From: Squalus acanthias
Taxonomy: Eukaryota
DNA: 64,000 bases
Assembly: GCA_030390025.1 (NCBI GenBank)
Contig: JASTWF010000034.1
Span: forward strand, 1,860,001 to 1,924,000
Reading direction: 5' to 3'
Made by a program: the position numbers and the translations under genes. Within the stretch, counting starts at the first letter, position 1, and the number at the start of each line of letters is the position of its first letter. This document shows, in pieces, positions 24,601 through 37,554 of the stretch. Below the pieces are notes generated by a model, which saw only the letters and a program-made list of their open reading frames with translations, did no database searches and had not been told where the DNA came from.

Positions 24601-25749
24601 TCTTAGGGTAATCAGAGCTCAGATCAATCAAGGCTTTAAACTTTTCTAACAAATTAGATTTATTAACGTTAAAATACAACAAGTTTTGCAACAGTGTTCG
24701 AACGTTCCCAGGCAAAGCTCTGAAATTTCGACTCCAACGCCTTTACCATTCGGATATCGCAGCTGCTTAAGTGCAGCGGTCAGCTGAAATGCACAAATCG
24801 CGGATCCTGCACTGAGTGTTTAATCTCGGCAATGACCATTTCGCTGGTTTCGTGATATTCAATTTGCTGCAAATTCATTAAATTGAAAAGAGTCGCAGCG
24901 ATCATTACAATAAACGAAATCCTCCGATATTGAAGAGGAGTATAACATGTTGAGAACAGTATCCAATATTCTGCAGGATAACGCAAATAAACAGCAGGAA
25001 TATTGTGTTCTGCTCCCACATGACACAGATCAGCCTCAGGCTCTGCTCCCTGCCCGCCGGCTGCTGAAACCTTGTCTCCAGATGATAAACTGATTCTAAA
25101 CTGGAGCTAAAGATTCAGGATAGAGCCTAAACACAGCGGGTGGGATCAAATATATAAAGCAGTTATTTTAGACCAGAGACAGCGTTAAATCACATATATT
25201 TCTCAAATGCATCAATGTATGAATGTGACACTAAATGTGTTTAATTACAGTGGGGGGATTTAACACAGATTCGGGGCCAGTGGTTTCCAAGGTGATCTTA
25301 GCTGTGGCTCTTTTGCCTCTTTCTCCCCTTCCTCCCACACGCTGCCGGTTTTCAACATTGTATTAAATCTCCTGCTCTGGGCCATTCAGCCCATTTTAAT
25401 TTATCCCTCCAGAACAACCATAGTCTTCACCCCATTGCTCAATCCAGTTGTTTCCTAAATCATTCCGGGGCTTTCACCACCATCGCTGGGCCTGGAGTCC
25501 ATTGGAAGTGTTGATCATTCTCCTGATATCAGTCCTAAATAGTTCACTTTTAAATTTGAGCTTCTTCCAACTTGTTCCTTCGCCCACAATGTAATTTGAA
25601 TTAGTATTCCACACAAGTTACTAACTTGTTGATCTGTGTAATACCATGTCACAGATGCCTCCATTCTAAGCTGATATGTCCAAGGTGTCGATTTTAACTC
25701 CAGCAAGTAAAACCCTCCTTGTTCTGCAGGATCGGAGTGTGTCTGGTGC

Positions 25750-25826
25750 TGCTGCTCCCTCCTCTGGCCGTTGTGCAGTATTGCACCACCAGCTCCCTCT
25801 GCTGGCTGCTGCGCAGTACTGCTGTG
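25750..25826 (-). promoter_or_regulatory. Two tandem CTCF-like motifs
   Basis: The minus strand has GCCAGCAGAGGGAGCTG (25790-25806) and a weaker GGCCAGAGGAGGGAGCAG. Each is preceded by a GCA(G/A)TACTGC upstream-motif-like sequence. Confidence 0.45.
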
Positions 25827-25877
25827 TATTGGTGAACCTGATGCAATTTCGAACTCCTCTGCTTCTAGCTCTGTCAT

Positions 25878-27025
25878 AAGAACGTAAGAACATATGAAAT
25901 AGGAGCATGAGTAGGCCATTTGCCCCTTAGAGCTTGCTCCGCCATTCAATAAGATCATGGCTGATCTTCTACCTCATCTCCACTTCCCTGCACTATCCCC
26001 ATAACCCTTGATACCCTTATTATTCAAAAATCTATCGATCTCTGTCTTGAATATAGTCAAGGACTGAGCCTCCACAGCCCTCTGTGGTAGCGAATTCCAA
26101 AGATTCACCATCGTCTGAGTGAAGAAATTTCTCCTCTTCTCAGTCCTAATTGGCCGACCACTTATTCTGAGACTGTGAGCCCTGGTTCTAGACTCCCCAG
26201 CCAGAGGAAACATCCTCCCTGCATCTACCCTGTCAAGCCCTGTAAGACTTTTGTTTGTTTCAATGAGATCACCTCTCATTCTTCTAAACTCTAGAAAATA
26301 TAGGCCTAGTCTACTCAATCTCTCCACAAAGGACAATCCCCCCATCCCAGTAACAAGTCTGCTGAACCTTCGTTGCACTCCCTGTATGACAAGTATATCC
26401 TTCTTTAGGTAAGGAGACCAAAACTGCACACAATACTCCAGGTGTGGTCTCACCAAGGCCCTATATAATTGCAGTAAGACGTCTTTACTCTTATACTCAA
26501 ATCCTCTTGTAATAACGGCCAACATACAATTTGTTTTCCTAAGTGCTTGCTGTACCTGCAGGTTAACTTTCAGTGATCCGTGTACAAGAACACCCAAATC
26601 CCTCTGAAGGACAACATTTTCCAATCTCTCACCAGTTAAAAAATACTCTGCTTTTCTATTTTCCTACGAAAGTGGATAACTTCATAATTCTCCACGTTAT
26701 AATCAATTTGCCCTGTTCTTGCCCACTCACATCGCCTGTCTATATCCCCTTGAAGCCTCCTTGCAACCTCTCCCAACTTACATTCCTACCCAGCATTTAT
26801 CATCAGCAAACTTGGATACATTACATTTGGTTCCCTCATCCAAATCATTGATATAAATTCTGAATAGCTGAGGCCCAAGCACTGATCCTTGCGGTACCCC
26901 ACTAGTTACAGCCTGCAAACCCGAAAATGACTCTTTTATTCCGACTCTCTGTTTTCTGTCCGATAGCCAATCCTCAATCCATGCTAATATATTACCCCGA
27001 GTCCCATGAGCCCTAAACCTCTCCA
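25878..27025 (-). mobile_element. 5'-truncated CR1 LINE
   Basis: [15 protein letters not shown] and RPHLEYCVQFWSP motifs, with a 3' tail. Confidence 0.93.
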
Positions 27026-27289
27026 ACCTTCCGAACTCCTCGACCCTTCCTATATTCCTTGTAGCCCTTTCAATAAATCTCTCGACCATTATCCACATCT
27101 GACCGACACTACACTGCATAAAACCTGTGCTCTTCGTAGTGCAGTCTGTGCTTGCAATTGCTAATAATTCCGATATTGGGATCTAAACATTTCAGGTGTC
27201 TGTCATTTCCTCTTTAAGGTTTTTGTTCTTTTACAATGCAGCATTACACCATTTGTAGAGTTTTATGATTCCTTCTGACAGAAACATGC

Positions 27290-27892
27290 ATGGGACAGTG
27301 CATAGGGAGCTTTACTCTGCATCTAATCCTTGCTGTACCTGCCCTGAGTGTGTCTGATGGAACAGTGTAGAGGAATCTTTACTCTGTATCTAACCCCGTG
27401 CTCTACCTGCCCTGGGACTGTTTAATGTGACAGTGTAGAGGGAGCTTCAATCTGTATCTAACCCGTGCTGTACCTGCCCTGGGACTGTTTGATGTGACAG
27501 TGTAGAGTGAGCTTTACTCTGTATCTAACACGTGCTGTACCTGCCCTGGGAGTGTTTGATGAAAAAGTGTAGAGGGAGCTTTACTCTGTATCTAACCCGT
27601 GCTGTACCTGCCCTTGGAGTGTTTGATGGGGACAGTGTAGAGGGAGCTTTACTCTGTATCTAACCCGTGCTGTACCTGCCCTGGGAGTGTTTGATGGGAC
27701 AGTGTAGAGGGAGCTTTACTCTGTATCTAACCCGTGCTGTACCTGCCCTGGGAGTGTTGATGGAAAAGTTTAGAGCTGGCTTTACTCTGTATCTAACCCG
27801 TTCTGTACCTGCCCTGAGAGTGTTTGATGGAACAGTGCAGAGGGAGCTTTACTCTGTATCTAACGCTTGCTGTACCTGCCCTAGAGTGTTTG
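27290..27892 (+). repeat. 67-bp minisatellite (same family as 17080-18240)
   Basis: Same unit sequence. Confidence 0.95.
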
Positions 27893-27894
27893 AG

Positions 27895-28205
27895 TGTCTC
27901 ACTCCCTCTCTCTCTCCATGTCGCTCCCTCTCTCTCTCTCTCTCTCTCCATGTCGCTCCCTCTCTCTCTCTCTCCATGTCGCTCCCTCTCTCTCTCTCTC
28001 TCCATTTCGCTCCCTCTGTCTTTCTCTCTCTCAATGTCTATTCCTCTCTCTCTCTCTCTTTCGCTCCTTCCCCTCTCTGCTGCCGTCCATCTCCCCATCT
28101 CTCGCTCTCTTCGTCTATTCTGCCAACACGCTACCTCTATCCCTAATTTTCTCCTTCTCCCTGTGCACCTCTCTTTTTTCTCTCTCTCCCTCTCTCTCTG
28201 TTTCC
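27895..28205 (+). repeat. (CT)n-rich simple repeat
   Basis: CT runs interspersed with CATGTCGCTCC. Confidence 0.9.
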
Positions 28206-29429
28206 GCTCTGATTTGTGTCTTGATTGAAATGTACCCTGAAATATTTCAGCCTGACTGTTTAAAATAACAACAATAAATGACATTTCTGTGATATTTTTA
28301 TATCTTAAGCATAGTGCTCGGAATCTGTTGGCGATATCTAGTTTCACGATCTGAAATATTTGAGTGTTTAAAATTGACTGGGATATTGATACAGAGAATG
28401 TTTCAGACATTCCTGCATTGTGGAACGGTGTGAGCTCTTTGCAGAAGCAGGAAATGGATTGTTGAAAGGAGATGCGGATTTTGTTTGTTTGAATAAGGTG
28501 AGAATCTGATCGTGTCTGAATAACTTCAATCTCTTCAAACACATGAAGGAACTAGAGATGGGGGTAATACACAAACCTGAGACCCCAGACAAGGGCCGAA
28601 GGAAGGTTTGTTCACAGATTAACCATTCTCCAGGCTGATAGTTTCTGGGTGATGTCATTCTGGAGGCCTGGGCAAACATACAGAAAGCACGAGTTCAAAT
28701 CCCACCCTGGGCTGTTGTGAATTTGAATTCTGTTCTTTTGAAATAAAATAAATCTGGAATAAAAGAACTTCGAAAACAGAATGACTCACTCCCGCCTGGT
28801 ACTGCACAGCCGAGTGTACCGTAGAGGACAAGGCGGGAGTGAATTGTTGCCTTTTACCCGCTGTGTGTACTGTATAAAGATACAGATTAAAGTGTGTATA
28901 TTTTGGTGTTTGTGTGTGTGTGTGTATGTTGGAGATGGATTTTGGATATATTTTAAGATGGAGATCTAAAGATAAAAATAGTGAGCGTTTAAAATCGGGG
29001 ATGTTAATAGAAACAAGAGTTATGTAATGAAGTATAAGAATTGCAGGAACCTACTTTAGAAGAAACCACTCTTTGTTAATTGAAAAAGACACAGAAAATA
29101 CGTTGATTAAACTGATAACGTACAATTCAATTTGTTTTGAATGTTTGGAATAGGAGATTAAATATTGAGAGTAAAATGAAGTTTGAATCCCGCTTTTCGT
29201 GGGGAAGTACCTAAAATAATTCAACACTTTTCATGATAAGAGCAGGGATTAATATTTTGGAGAATGTTTGAGAGAAAAACATTAGAAGCGAAATAGGTAA
29301 ATTATAAATCTTTAATTCAACATATGAATAAACATTTTCAAGTCAGTCTGACTGGTTCTGCTGGCAAGGAAGAAAGACAGATTATTATTTATGTTCAGTC
29401 GTAGCTTTTCCTGCTTTGTGTTTATAATT

Positions 29430-31560
29430 AAGTGACGCAAATTTTTTGTATATTTGTCAATTGTAAATTAACAACAAATAATCACATTTCTGTGGCAATT
29501 TTTTGCCTCTTAAACGATTGAATTTGTGGCTCGGAATCTGGCTGGTAAATCTCGTTTAATTACCTGAACGATTTGAGTGTTTAAAGTTGATCTAGGATAT
29601 GGGATGAAACGCTTATTCTGATATTCCTGCATTGTGGAACAGTATATCTTTGCAGAGGCAGGAAATGGCATTGTGGATTGGAGGCGCAGTTTTTGCCCAG
29701 GGCAGCACCATGGCCAGGGACATGCTTTTCCTGAATAACAACAGAAAACGCTGGAAAAACTCAGCAGGCCAGGCAACATCCATGGAGAGAGAAACAGAGT
29801 CAACGTTTCAGGTCGAAATCCTTCGTCATGCTTTTCCTGATCTGCTGCATTCTGTGTAGATCAGAAACAGATTCAGGTGTTCATATTAATCACCCCAAGA
29901 CAATGAAATGGGTAAACAATGTCTGACCAACGCCAGAGACTTCAAGCGCAGGAGATGGTGGAATATACAAAACCCAAGGTTCCCAGACCAGATGAGGCAG
30001 CAGGTGTTGGCACACATTATAGTTCTGCATCTCTTGTGTCTTTGGAGCAGGTTCAGTTTAACTTTAAAATGACTCTCTCAAATAATAGGCCTGAGAGAGA
30101 TCCTGACAGAAATTAAGAACAGACATTCTGAGAGTTTCAAAGAGAGAGGTGTAGCGATTTCAAGAAATACAAAATTATCAAGTAATAAAGGAAAGGTACA
30201 GAGAGATACAGAAATATAAAGCGAGATCGATATACTGAGAGGCACATAGAGAGAGAGAGATGTACAGAGATATAAAGGAAACTGTAAAAATACAGAGCTA
30301 TGATAAAAAGCATCAGATACAGGACACCAGTCTTTATACAACCTGCGTGTCTGCCCCACTGGTCTCAGAATGTAACCCAGGGACCCTCACCGCCTGCCTC
30401 TCCAAATCTAATAAAACATCTTTCATTCTCTTATTTCATCACTCCCAAATTCCCAGAGAACAACTGAGAGAAACTAAGGACCAGAAAGCAGATTGTGAGA
30501 AATACAAAGACAGGGATCAAGTAAAGAACTACAAAGATATATTAAGAGATTAAGTGACGCAAATTCTGTGTATATTTGTCAATAGTAAATTAACAACAAT
30601 AAGTCACATTTCTGTGACAATTTTTATGTCTTAAAAGATTGCATTTGTGGATCAAAATCTGCCTGGTAAATCTAGTGTCATTACTAGAAAGATTTGAGTG
30701 TTTAAAGTCGATCTAGGATATGGGATCAAAGGCTGTTTCTGACATTCCTGCATTGTGGAACACTATGATATCTTTGCAGAGGCAGGAAATGGCATTGTGG
30801 ATTGGAGGCGCAGTTTTTGCCCAGGGCAGCACCCTGGCCAGGGACATGCTTTTCCTGATCTGCTGCATCCTGTGTAGATCAGAAACAAGTTAAGGTGTTC
30901 ATATTAGTCGCCCCAAGACAATGAAATGGTTAAACCACGTCTTGCTAACGCCAGAGTCTTCAAGCGCAGGAGATGGTGGAATATACAAAACCCAAGGTTC
31001 CCAGACCAGATGAGGCAGCAGGTGTTGGCACACATTCTAGTTCTGCATCTCTTGTGTCTTTGGAGCAGGTTCAGTTTAACTTTAAAATGACTCTCTCAAA
31101 TAATAGGCCTGAGAGAGATCCTGACAGAAATTAAGAACAGACATTCTGAGAGTTTCAAAGAGAGAGGTGTAGAGATTTCAAGAAATACAAAATTATAAAG
31201 TAATAAAGGAAAGGTACAGCGAGATACAGAAATATAAAGCGATATCGATATACAGAGAGACACATAGAGAGAGAGATGTACAGAGATATAAAGAAAACTG
31301 TAGATATACAGAGCTATAATGAAAAACATTAGAGATACAGGACACGAGTCTTCGTACAATCTGCGCGTGTGCCCCACTGGTCTCAGAATGTAACCCAGGG
31401 ACCCTCACAGCCTGTCTCTCCAAATCTAAGTAAAACATCTTCATTCTCTTATTTCATCACTCCCAAATTCCCAGCGAACCAGTGAGAGAAACTGAGGAAC
31501 AGAAAGCAGATAGTAAGAAATACAAAGACAGCGATCAAGAAAAAAAGTAGAAAGAGTTGT
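29430..31560. repeat. ~1.0-1.1-kb tandem duplication (29430-30555 vs 30555-31560)
   Basis: Colinear shared blocks such as GTGACGCAAATT, GGCAGGAAATGGCATTGTGG, CCCAAGGTTCCCAGACCAGATGAGG and CATCACTCCCAAATTCCCAG. Confidence 0.9.
29735..29826 (-). mobile_element. Penelope-like terminal fragment inserted in the first copy of the tandem duplication
   Basis: 14-bp TSD CATGCTTTTCCTGA (29721-29734, 29827-29840). The empty site is present in the second copy (~30845). Confidence 0.8.
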
Positions 31561-31644
31561 GGAGAGATTAAGGTGCAGAAATAAATTAAAGGAGAGATGG
31601 ATGGATAGGTAAAGAGAAAGATGGAGAACTAAAGATAAAAATAC

Positions 31645-31875
31645 AGAGCGATTAAATTCGGGGATGCGCAAGAGGCCAGAATTGGAGGAGCGCAGAGATC
31701 TCAAAGGGCTGTGGGGACAGAGGAGGTTACAGCGATAGGGAGGGGCAAGGCGAATAATAAAATTGAAGCGTTGCCAGGCCGGGAGTCAATGTAGGTCAGC
31801 GAGCCCAGGGGTGATGGGTGAAAGGGACTTGGTGCGAGTTAGGAGAAACAAAGGCATGGATGAGGGTTTCAGTAG
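31645..31875 (-). mobile_element. L2-like LINE 3' fragment
   Basis: Minus-strand 'LRSLRSSNSGLLRIP.FNRS' resembles the L2 ORF2 C-terminus. Confidence 0.55.
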
Positions 31876-31904
31876 GTCACTGTGCAATTTCACATCAATC
31901 ACTC

Positions 31905-32200
31905 CTGGCAGGTACAGCACTGGTTAGATACAGATTAAAGCTGTTTCTACACTGTCACATCAAACACTCACTGGGTCGGTACAGCACAGGTTAGATACAG
32001 ATTAAAGCTGTTTCTACACTGTCCCATCAAACACTCACTGGGTCCGTACAGCACAGGTTAGATACAGATTAAAGCTGTCTGTACACTGTCCCATCAAACA
32101 CTCCCAGGGCAGGTACAGCACGGGGTTAGATACAGATTAAAGCTGTTTCTACACTGTCCCATCAAACACTCACTGGGTCGGTACAGCATTGTGAGATACA
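31905..32200 (-). repeat. Inverted copies of the 67-bp minisatellite family
   Basis: Reverse complement of the 17-18 kb unit. Confidence 0.9.
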
Positions 32201-32204
32201 AGTT

Positions 32205-32740
32205 AATGTGTCTCTGCTGCTGTGAAGTAGGACTCTGTAACAAGTGACCCTGTGTACAGTGTGTGTCTCTCCCAGTGTGGAGTCGAACTCTGCAACAAGT
32301 GTCCCTGTGTACAGTGTGTGTCTCTGCTGGTGTGGAGTCGGACTCTGTAACAAGTGTCCCTGTGTACAGTCTGTGTCTTTGCTGATGTGGAGTCAGACTC
32401 TGTAACAAGTGTACCTGTGATCAGTGTGTGTCTCACCCAGTGTGGAGTCGAACTCTGTAACAAGTGTCCCTGTGTACAGTCTGTGTCTCTGCTGATGTGG
32501 AGTCGGACTCTGTAACAAGTGTCCCTGTGTACAGTCTGTGTCTCTGCTGATGTGGAGTCGGACTCTGTAACAAGTGTCCCTGTGTACAGTCTGTGTCTCT
32601 GCTGATGTGGAGTCGGACTCTGTAACAAGTGTCCCTGTGATCAGTGTGTGTCTCTCGCAGTGTGGAGTCGGACTCTGTAACAAGTATGCCTGCGTTCAGT
32701 GTGTGTCTCTCCCAGTTTGGAGTCGGACTCTGTAATAAGT
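32205..32740 (+). repeat. 55-bp minisatellite (GTGGAGTCGGACTCTGTAACAAGTGTCCCTGTGTACAGTCTGTGTCTCTGCTGAT)
   Basis: Direct 55-bp periodicity, resuming briefly after the CR1 at ~33672. Confidence 0.93.
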
Positions 32741-32741
32741 A

Positions 32742-33672
32742 GAGACATAGAAAAATAGGAGCAGGAGTAGGCCAATCGGCCCTTCGAGCCTTCTCCGCCA
32801 TTCAATATGATCATGGCTGATCCGCTATCTCAATACCATATTCCCGTTCTCTCCCCAAACCCCTTGAAGCCTTTTGTCTCCACAAATCTATCTATCTCCT
32901 CCTTAAATATATTCAGTGATTGGGCCTCCACAGCCTTTTGTGGTAGAGAATTCCACAGGTTCACCACCCTCTGAGTGAAGAAATTACTCCTCATTTCAGT
33001 CCTAAATGTCCTACACCGTCTCCTGCGTCTGTGACCCCTCGTTCTAGACCCCCCAGCCAGGGGAAACATCCTCCCTGCATCCATTCTGTCTAGCCCTGTC
33101 AGAGATTTATACGTTTTAATGAGATCCCCTCTCATTCTTCTAAACTCTAGTGAATACAAGCTTAGTCGACCCAATTTCTCCTCATACGACAGCCCTGCCA
33201 TCCCAGGAAACAGCCTGGTGAACCTTCGCTGCACTCCCTCTCTGGCAAGTATATCCTTTCTTAGGTAAGGAGATCAAAACTGCACACAGTACTCCAGGTG
33301 TGGTCTCACCAAGGCCCTGTATGTCTGTAGTAAGACATCCTTGCTCCTGTTCTCAAATCCTCTTGTAATGAAGGCGAACATACCATTTGCCTTCCTAACT
33401 GCTTGCTGCACCTGCATGTTTGCTTTCAGTGACTGGTGTACAAGGACACCCAGATCCCTTTGTACATCAACATTTCCCAATCTATCACCATTTCAATAAT
33501 ACTCTGCCTTTCTGTTTTTCCTACCGAAGTGGATAACTTCACATTGATGCACGTTATACTGCATCAGCCATGTATTTTCCCACACACCCAACTTGTCTAA
33601 ATCGCCTTGAAGCCTCTTTGCATCCTCCTCACAACTCACAATCCCACCTATTTTCGTGTCGTCAGCAAACTT
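32742..33672 (-). mobile_element. 5'-truncated CR1 LINE
   Basis: KFADD through the ORF2 C-terminus and 3' tail. Confidence 0.92.
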
Positions 33673-34213
33673 GTGTCCCTGTGTTAAGCGTGTGTCTCTG
33701 CTGGTGTGGAGTCGAACTCTGTAACCAGTATCCCTGTGTGAGGGAACTTAAACACAATTCGTGCTTTAACTGCCCTGGGAATGTTGAGGAGACAGTATAG
33801 CTGGAGCTTTACGCTGTATTTAAACGGTGCTGTACCTGCGCTAGGAGTGTTTGACAGGAGAGTGCAGACGGAGCTTTAATCTGTATCTAACCCATACTGT
33901 ACTTGCGCTGGGAGTGTACCTGCATGCTGACTTTTTGTGATTCATGTACAAGGACCCTCAGATCCCTCTGTACTTCAGCATTTTGTAATCTCTCATTTTG
34001 CAGCACCTGTTAGTTATGGGTAAATCTCCCTCTACACTGTACCTTTAGATTCTCCCAAGGCAAGTACAGCACGAGTTATGATCCCACTACCCAATCCCAC
34101 CAAACACACCCAGGGCAGGTACAGCACAGACCTTCCCTTTTGTTCTTTCCTCCCATCCCCCCTTTCCCTGCCTCTGTACTTGCTTAAAATCTGTTACATC
34201 TGTAACATTTTCC

Positions 34214-34250
34214 AGTTCTGATGAAAGGGCATCGACCTGAAACATTAACT
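34214..34250 (+). ncRNA. Minimal type I hammerhead ribozyme motif (partly mutated) in a Penelope-like fragment (34130-34292)
   Basis: AGTT-CTGATGA-AAGGGCATCGACCT-GAAA-CA-TT-AACT: stem I AGUU/AACU with the conserved core. The stem III palindrome ACGU is mutated to ACAU. Confidence 0.6.
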
Positions 34251-36274
34251 CTGTTTCTTTCTCCACAGATGCTGCCTGACCTGCTGAGCAATGTTCCCTG
34301 TAAGCTGTGTGAGTGGGCGGCGATCTGTAAGGTCCCACGCACTGAAATTCACAGGCGGCACAGTGAGCTGGAGCGGGCGGAGTGTCCCAATACCCAATGA
34401 CCGGGTATCCTCACAGAGCCGTTTGTGAACTCACAGAGCCAATCCCAATTGCAACAACATTTGCTGAGATACAGAGCCCTGGCACCCGGCGAGCGTTGTC
34501 TCGAGATTCATTCAGTCCCTTTTCCATGGAGACGCGCGTAGTCCGTTCCGGGTGACTGAGCGGCGGCCGCACTTTGGAACAACACAGGTGGAGGTGCAGC
34601 GCGTATACAATGGTACAAGGGCCGCTGGAAGGAGGCGAAAGCAAACATTTTTTAGCCCCTCGGTGAAACAAAGATATGAGAATTTGATTTTTTGTTAATT
34701 CAGAAAATTGTTTAAAGCCGGAAATAGATATGGGAAAGTGATGTTGAATGTTTTGTGGTAAGTTCCAGTTCAATTTTGCCAGGGCTCGTCCCCTTTCTGA
34801 AATAGTTTATCAGGGTTATTTAAATCATGTTGCGAGAGGGGTGAAAAAGTTTGTGCCCCCGTTTGTACCTCAGAGTCTGAGAGACGGAGGGAACGGCAGC
34901 AGAAAAACAGGAAACAACATCTCCAGAAACTGATCGCAACTCATCGCCAAGGCTGGGGAGAGATAACCTCACCGCCTTCTTAGGAAGTTTAACCACTATA
35001 TTCACTTTCTGATTTGAGCTCCGTTTGGAACTAGATTTGTTTTATTATATTTTGTCGTATGTTTAACGACAGTATTGAAGGGGGAAAGAGAAACTTGGAG
35101 CAACTTCTTTTGTCAAAGCTGCAACGAGACTTGAAAGAATTTAAAGATTTTTAATGAACTTGTCACACAAAATGAGTGTTAAAAACACTTTTTCCCCCTA
35201 GGTTTCGAATATGATTTCGGAAGAGACTGAAGCAAAAGTCAATTTCCCCCTCATCTAAACAAGTTTCAGCCACGTCTTGAAGTCCAGACGCTTTTAAAGA
35301 GGTTCTGAAATGCTTAAAATGTTTTAAATTTGAAATTTCTCAAGATCTGATTTTGAGTGATCGATGAAGTGATTAGCTTTACACACACATGCAACCATGG
35401 TGTTGAGGAGGGGGAGGCAAGGGGATGATTTGTAGGAGTTAAATATTACTTTTTAATGACTTTTTAAAAATATACCATTTAGGCATTTAGGAAGAGAACC
35501 AAAAAAGGGGAAAAACACAAACCATATTATTTTATCTGTCGTTCTATAGTCCGAACAAATCGCAGGAATAATGTAAATATGGATTTGCTGTTCAATATTT
35601 AGTGCCGTGTTAATAGAAACAAGAGTTATGTAATGATGTATAAAAATTGCAGGAAACTACTTCAGAAGAAACCACTCTTTGTTTATTGAGAAAGACACAG
35701 AACATACTTTGATTAAACTGATAAATTACAATTCGATTTGGTTTGAATGTTTGAAATAGAAGATTAAACATTGACAGTACAATGAAGTTTGATTCCTGCT
35801 TTTAATTGCGAAGTACCTAAAATAATTCAACAATTTTCGTGATAAGAGCAGGGATTAATATTGTGGAGAATGTTTGAGAGAAAAACACTTGAAGCAAAAT
35901 TGGTAAATTATAAATCTTTACGTCAACATATGAGTAAACATTTCCAAGTTAGTCTGGCTGGTTCTCCTGTCCAGGAAGAAAGACACATTCTGTTAAATCA
36001 CAGCTTTTCCTGCGTTTTGTTTCTAATTCAGTGACGCAATATTTGTATGTGTTTTTCTACACTTGTGAATATGTGCTGCATTTCTGACATGTTAAATGGA
36101 TGGTGTGCTGGTTCAAGAAGACCACGTTTATTAATGGAAATGATTGAAGTTGAAAATACGGATACACATTTTGTTCAGTTCTTTTTAATACTGCGAATTA
36201 AAGAACTACAGCACTTTATATTTGTTGATTGTCTGGTTGCATTGTGATTAATATTCTATTAACTTACGTGGACG

Positions 36275-37110
36275 TAATATGTGGAAGAAAATAACGCGGA
36301 GAAATCTGAAGTTATCCACTTTGGTAGGAAAAATAGAACAGCAGAGTATCTTTCAAATGGTGCGAGATTGGCAAATGTTGGTGTTCAGAGGGATTTGGGT
36401 GTCCTTGTAGAAAAATCACGGAACGTTAACCTACAGGTACAGCAAGCAATTAGGAAAGCAAATTATATGTTGGCCTTCATTAGAAGAGGATTTGAGTATA
36501 AAAGTAAAGACATCTTATTGCAATTATATCGGGCCCTGGTGAGACCACGCCTGGTGTATTGAGTACAGTTTTGGTCTCCTTACCTAAGGAGGGATATACT
36601 TGTCAAAGTGGGAGTGCAACAAAGGTTCACCAGACTGGTTCCTGGGATGGGGGGATTGTCCAATGAGGAGAGATTGTGTAGACTATGCCTATATTCTCTA
36701 GAGTTCAAAAGAATGAGAGGAGATCTCATTGAAACATGCAACATTTTTTACAGGGCTTGACAGGATAGATGCAGGGAGGATGTTTCCCCTGGTTGGGGAG
36801 TCTAGAACCAGGGGTCACAGTCTCAGAATAAGGGTTCGGCCATGTAGGACTGAGATGAGGAGAAATTTCTTCACTCAGTGGGTGGTGAATCTTTGGAATT
36901 CTCTAGCTCAGAGGGCTGTGGAGACTCAGTCGTTGAGTATAATCAAGACAGAGTTCGATAGATTTTTGAATATTGAGGGAATCAAGGGAAATGGGGATAG
37001 TGCGGGAATGTGGAGATGAGGTACAAGATTAGCTGTGATCATATTGAATGGCGGAGCAGGCTCGAAGGGTCAAATGGCCTACTCCTGCTCCTATTTCTTA
37101 TGTTCTTATG
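36275..37110 (+). mobile_element. CR1 3' fragment (inverted paralog of 13157-13985)
   Basis: ORF2 C-terminal motifs and a TTCTTATG tail. Confidence 0.9.
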
Positions 37111-37554
37111 TGCTTAAAGCTCCCTCAATACTGTCCGATCAAACAATTCCAGGCAGTCGCACAAAAGCAAAATACTGCGGATGCTGGAAATCTGAAGTAA
37201 AACAGAAAATGCTCGAAATACTGAGCAGGTCAGGAGCATCTGTGGAGAGAAGAACAGAGTTAAGGTTTCAGGTCATAGACATTTCATTGGAACAGGCAGG
37301 TACACTTGGATTAGATACAGAGTAATGCTCCACTCACCTCATTTAACACTCTGATATACCCCACGCCATTCACTTTAACAAAGTGATATACCCCTCAGTT
37401 TAATCCTCTCTTACATATCCCAAACCTCTCACTGTAACAGACCGATATACCCCGCTCACCTCACCTTAATACTCTGATATACTCGACACCCCTCAATGTA
37501 ACACTCTGACATAACCCACACCCCTCACTGTAACACTCTGATATAACCCGCACC

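Noticed and set aside
27667..28542. ORFs of 124-249 aa with SLSL/RERE runs
   Set aside because: Translations of the (CT)n microsatellite and the 67-bp repeat.
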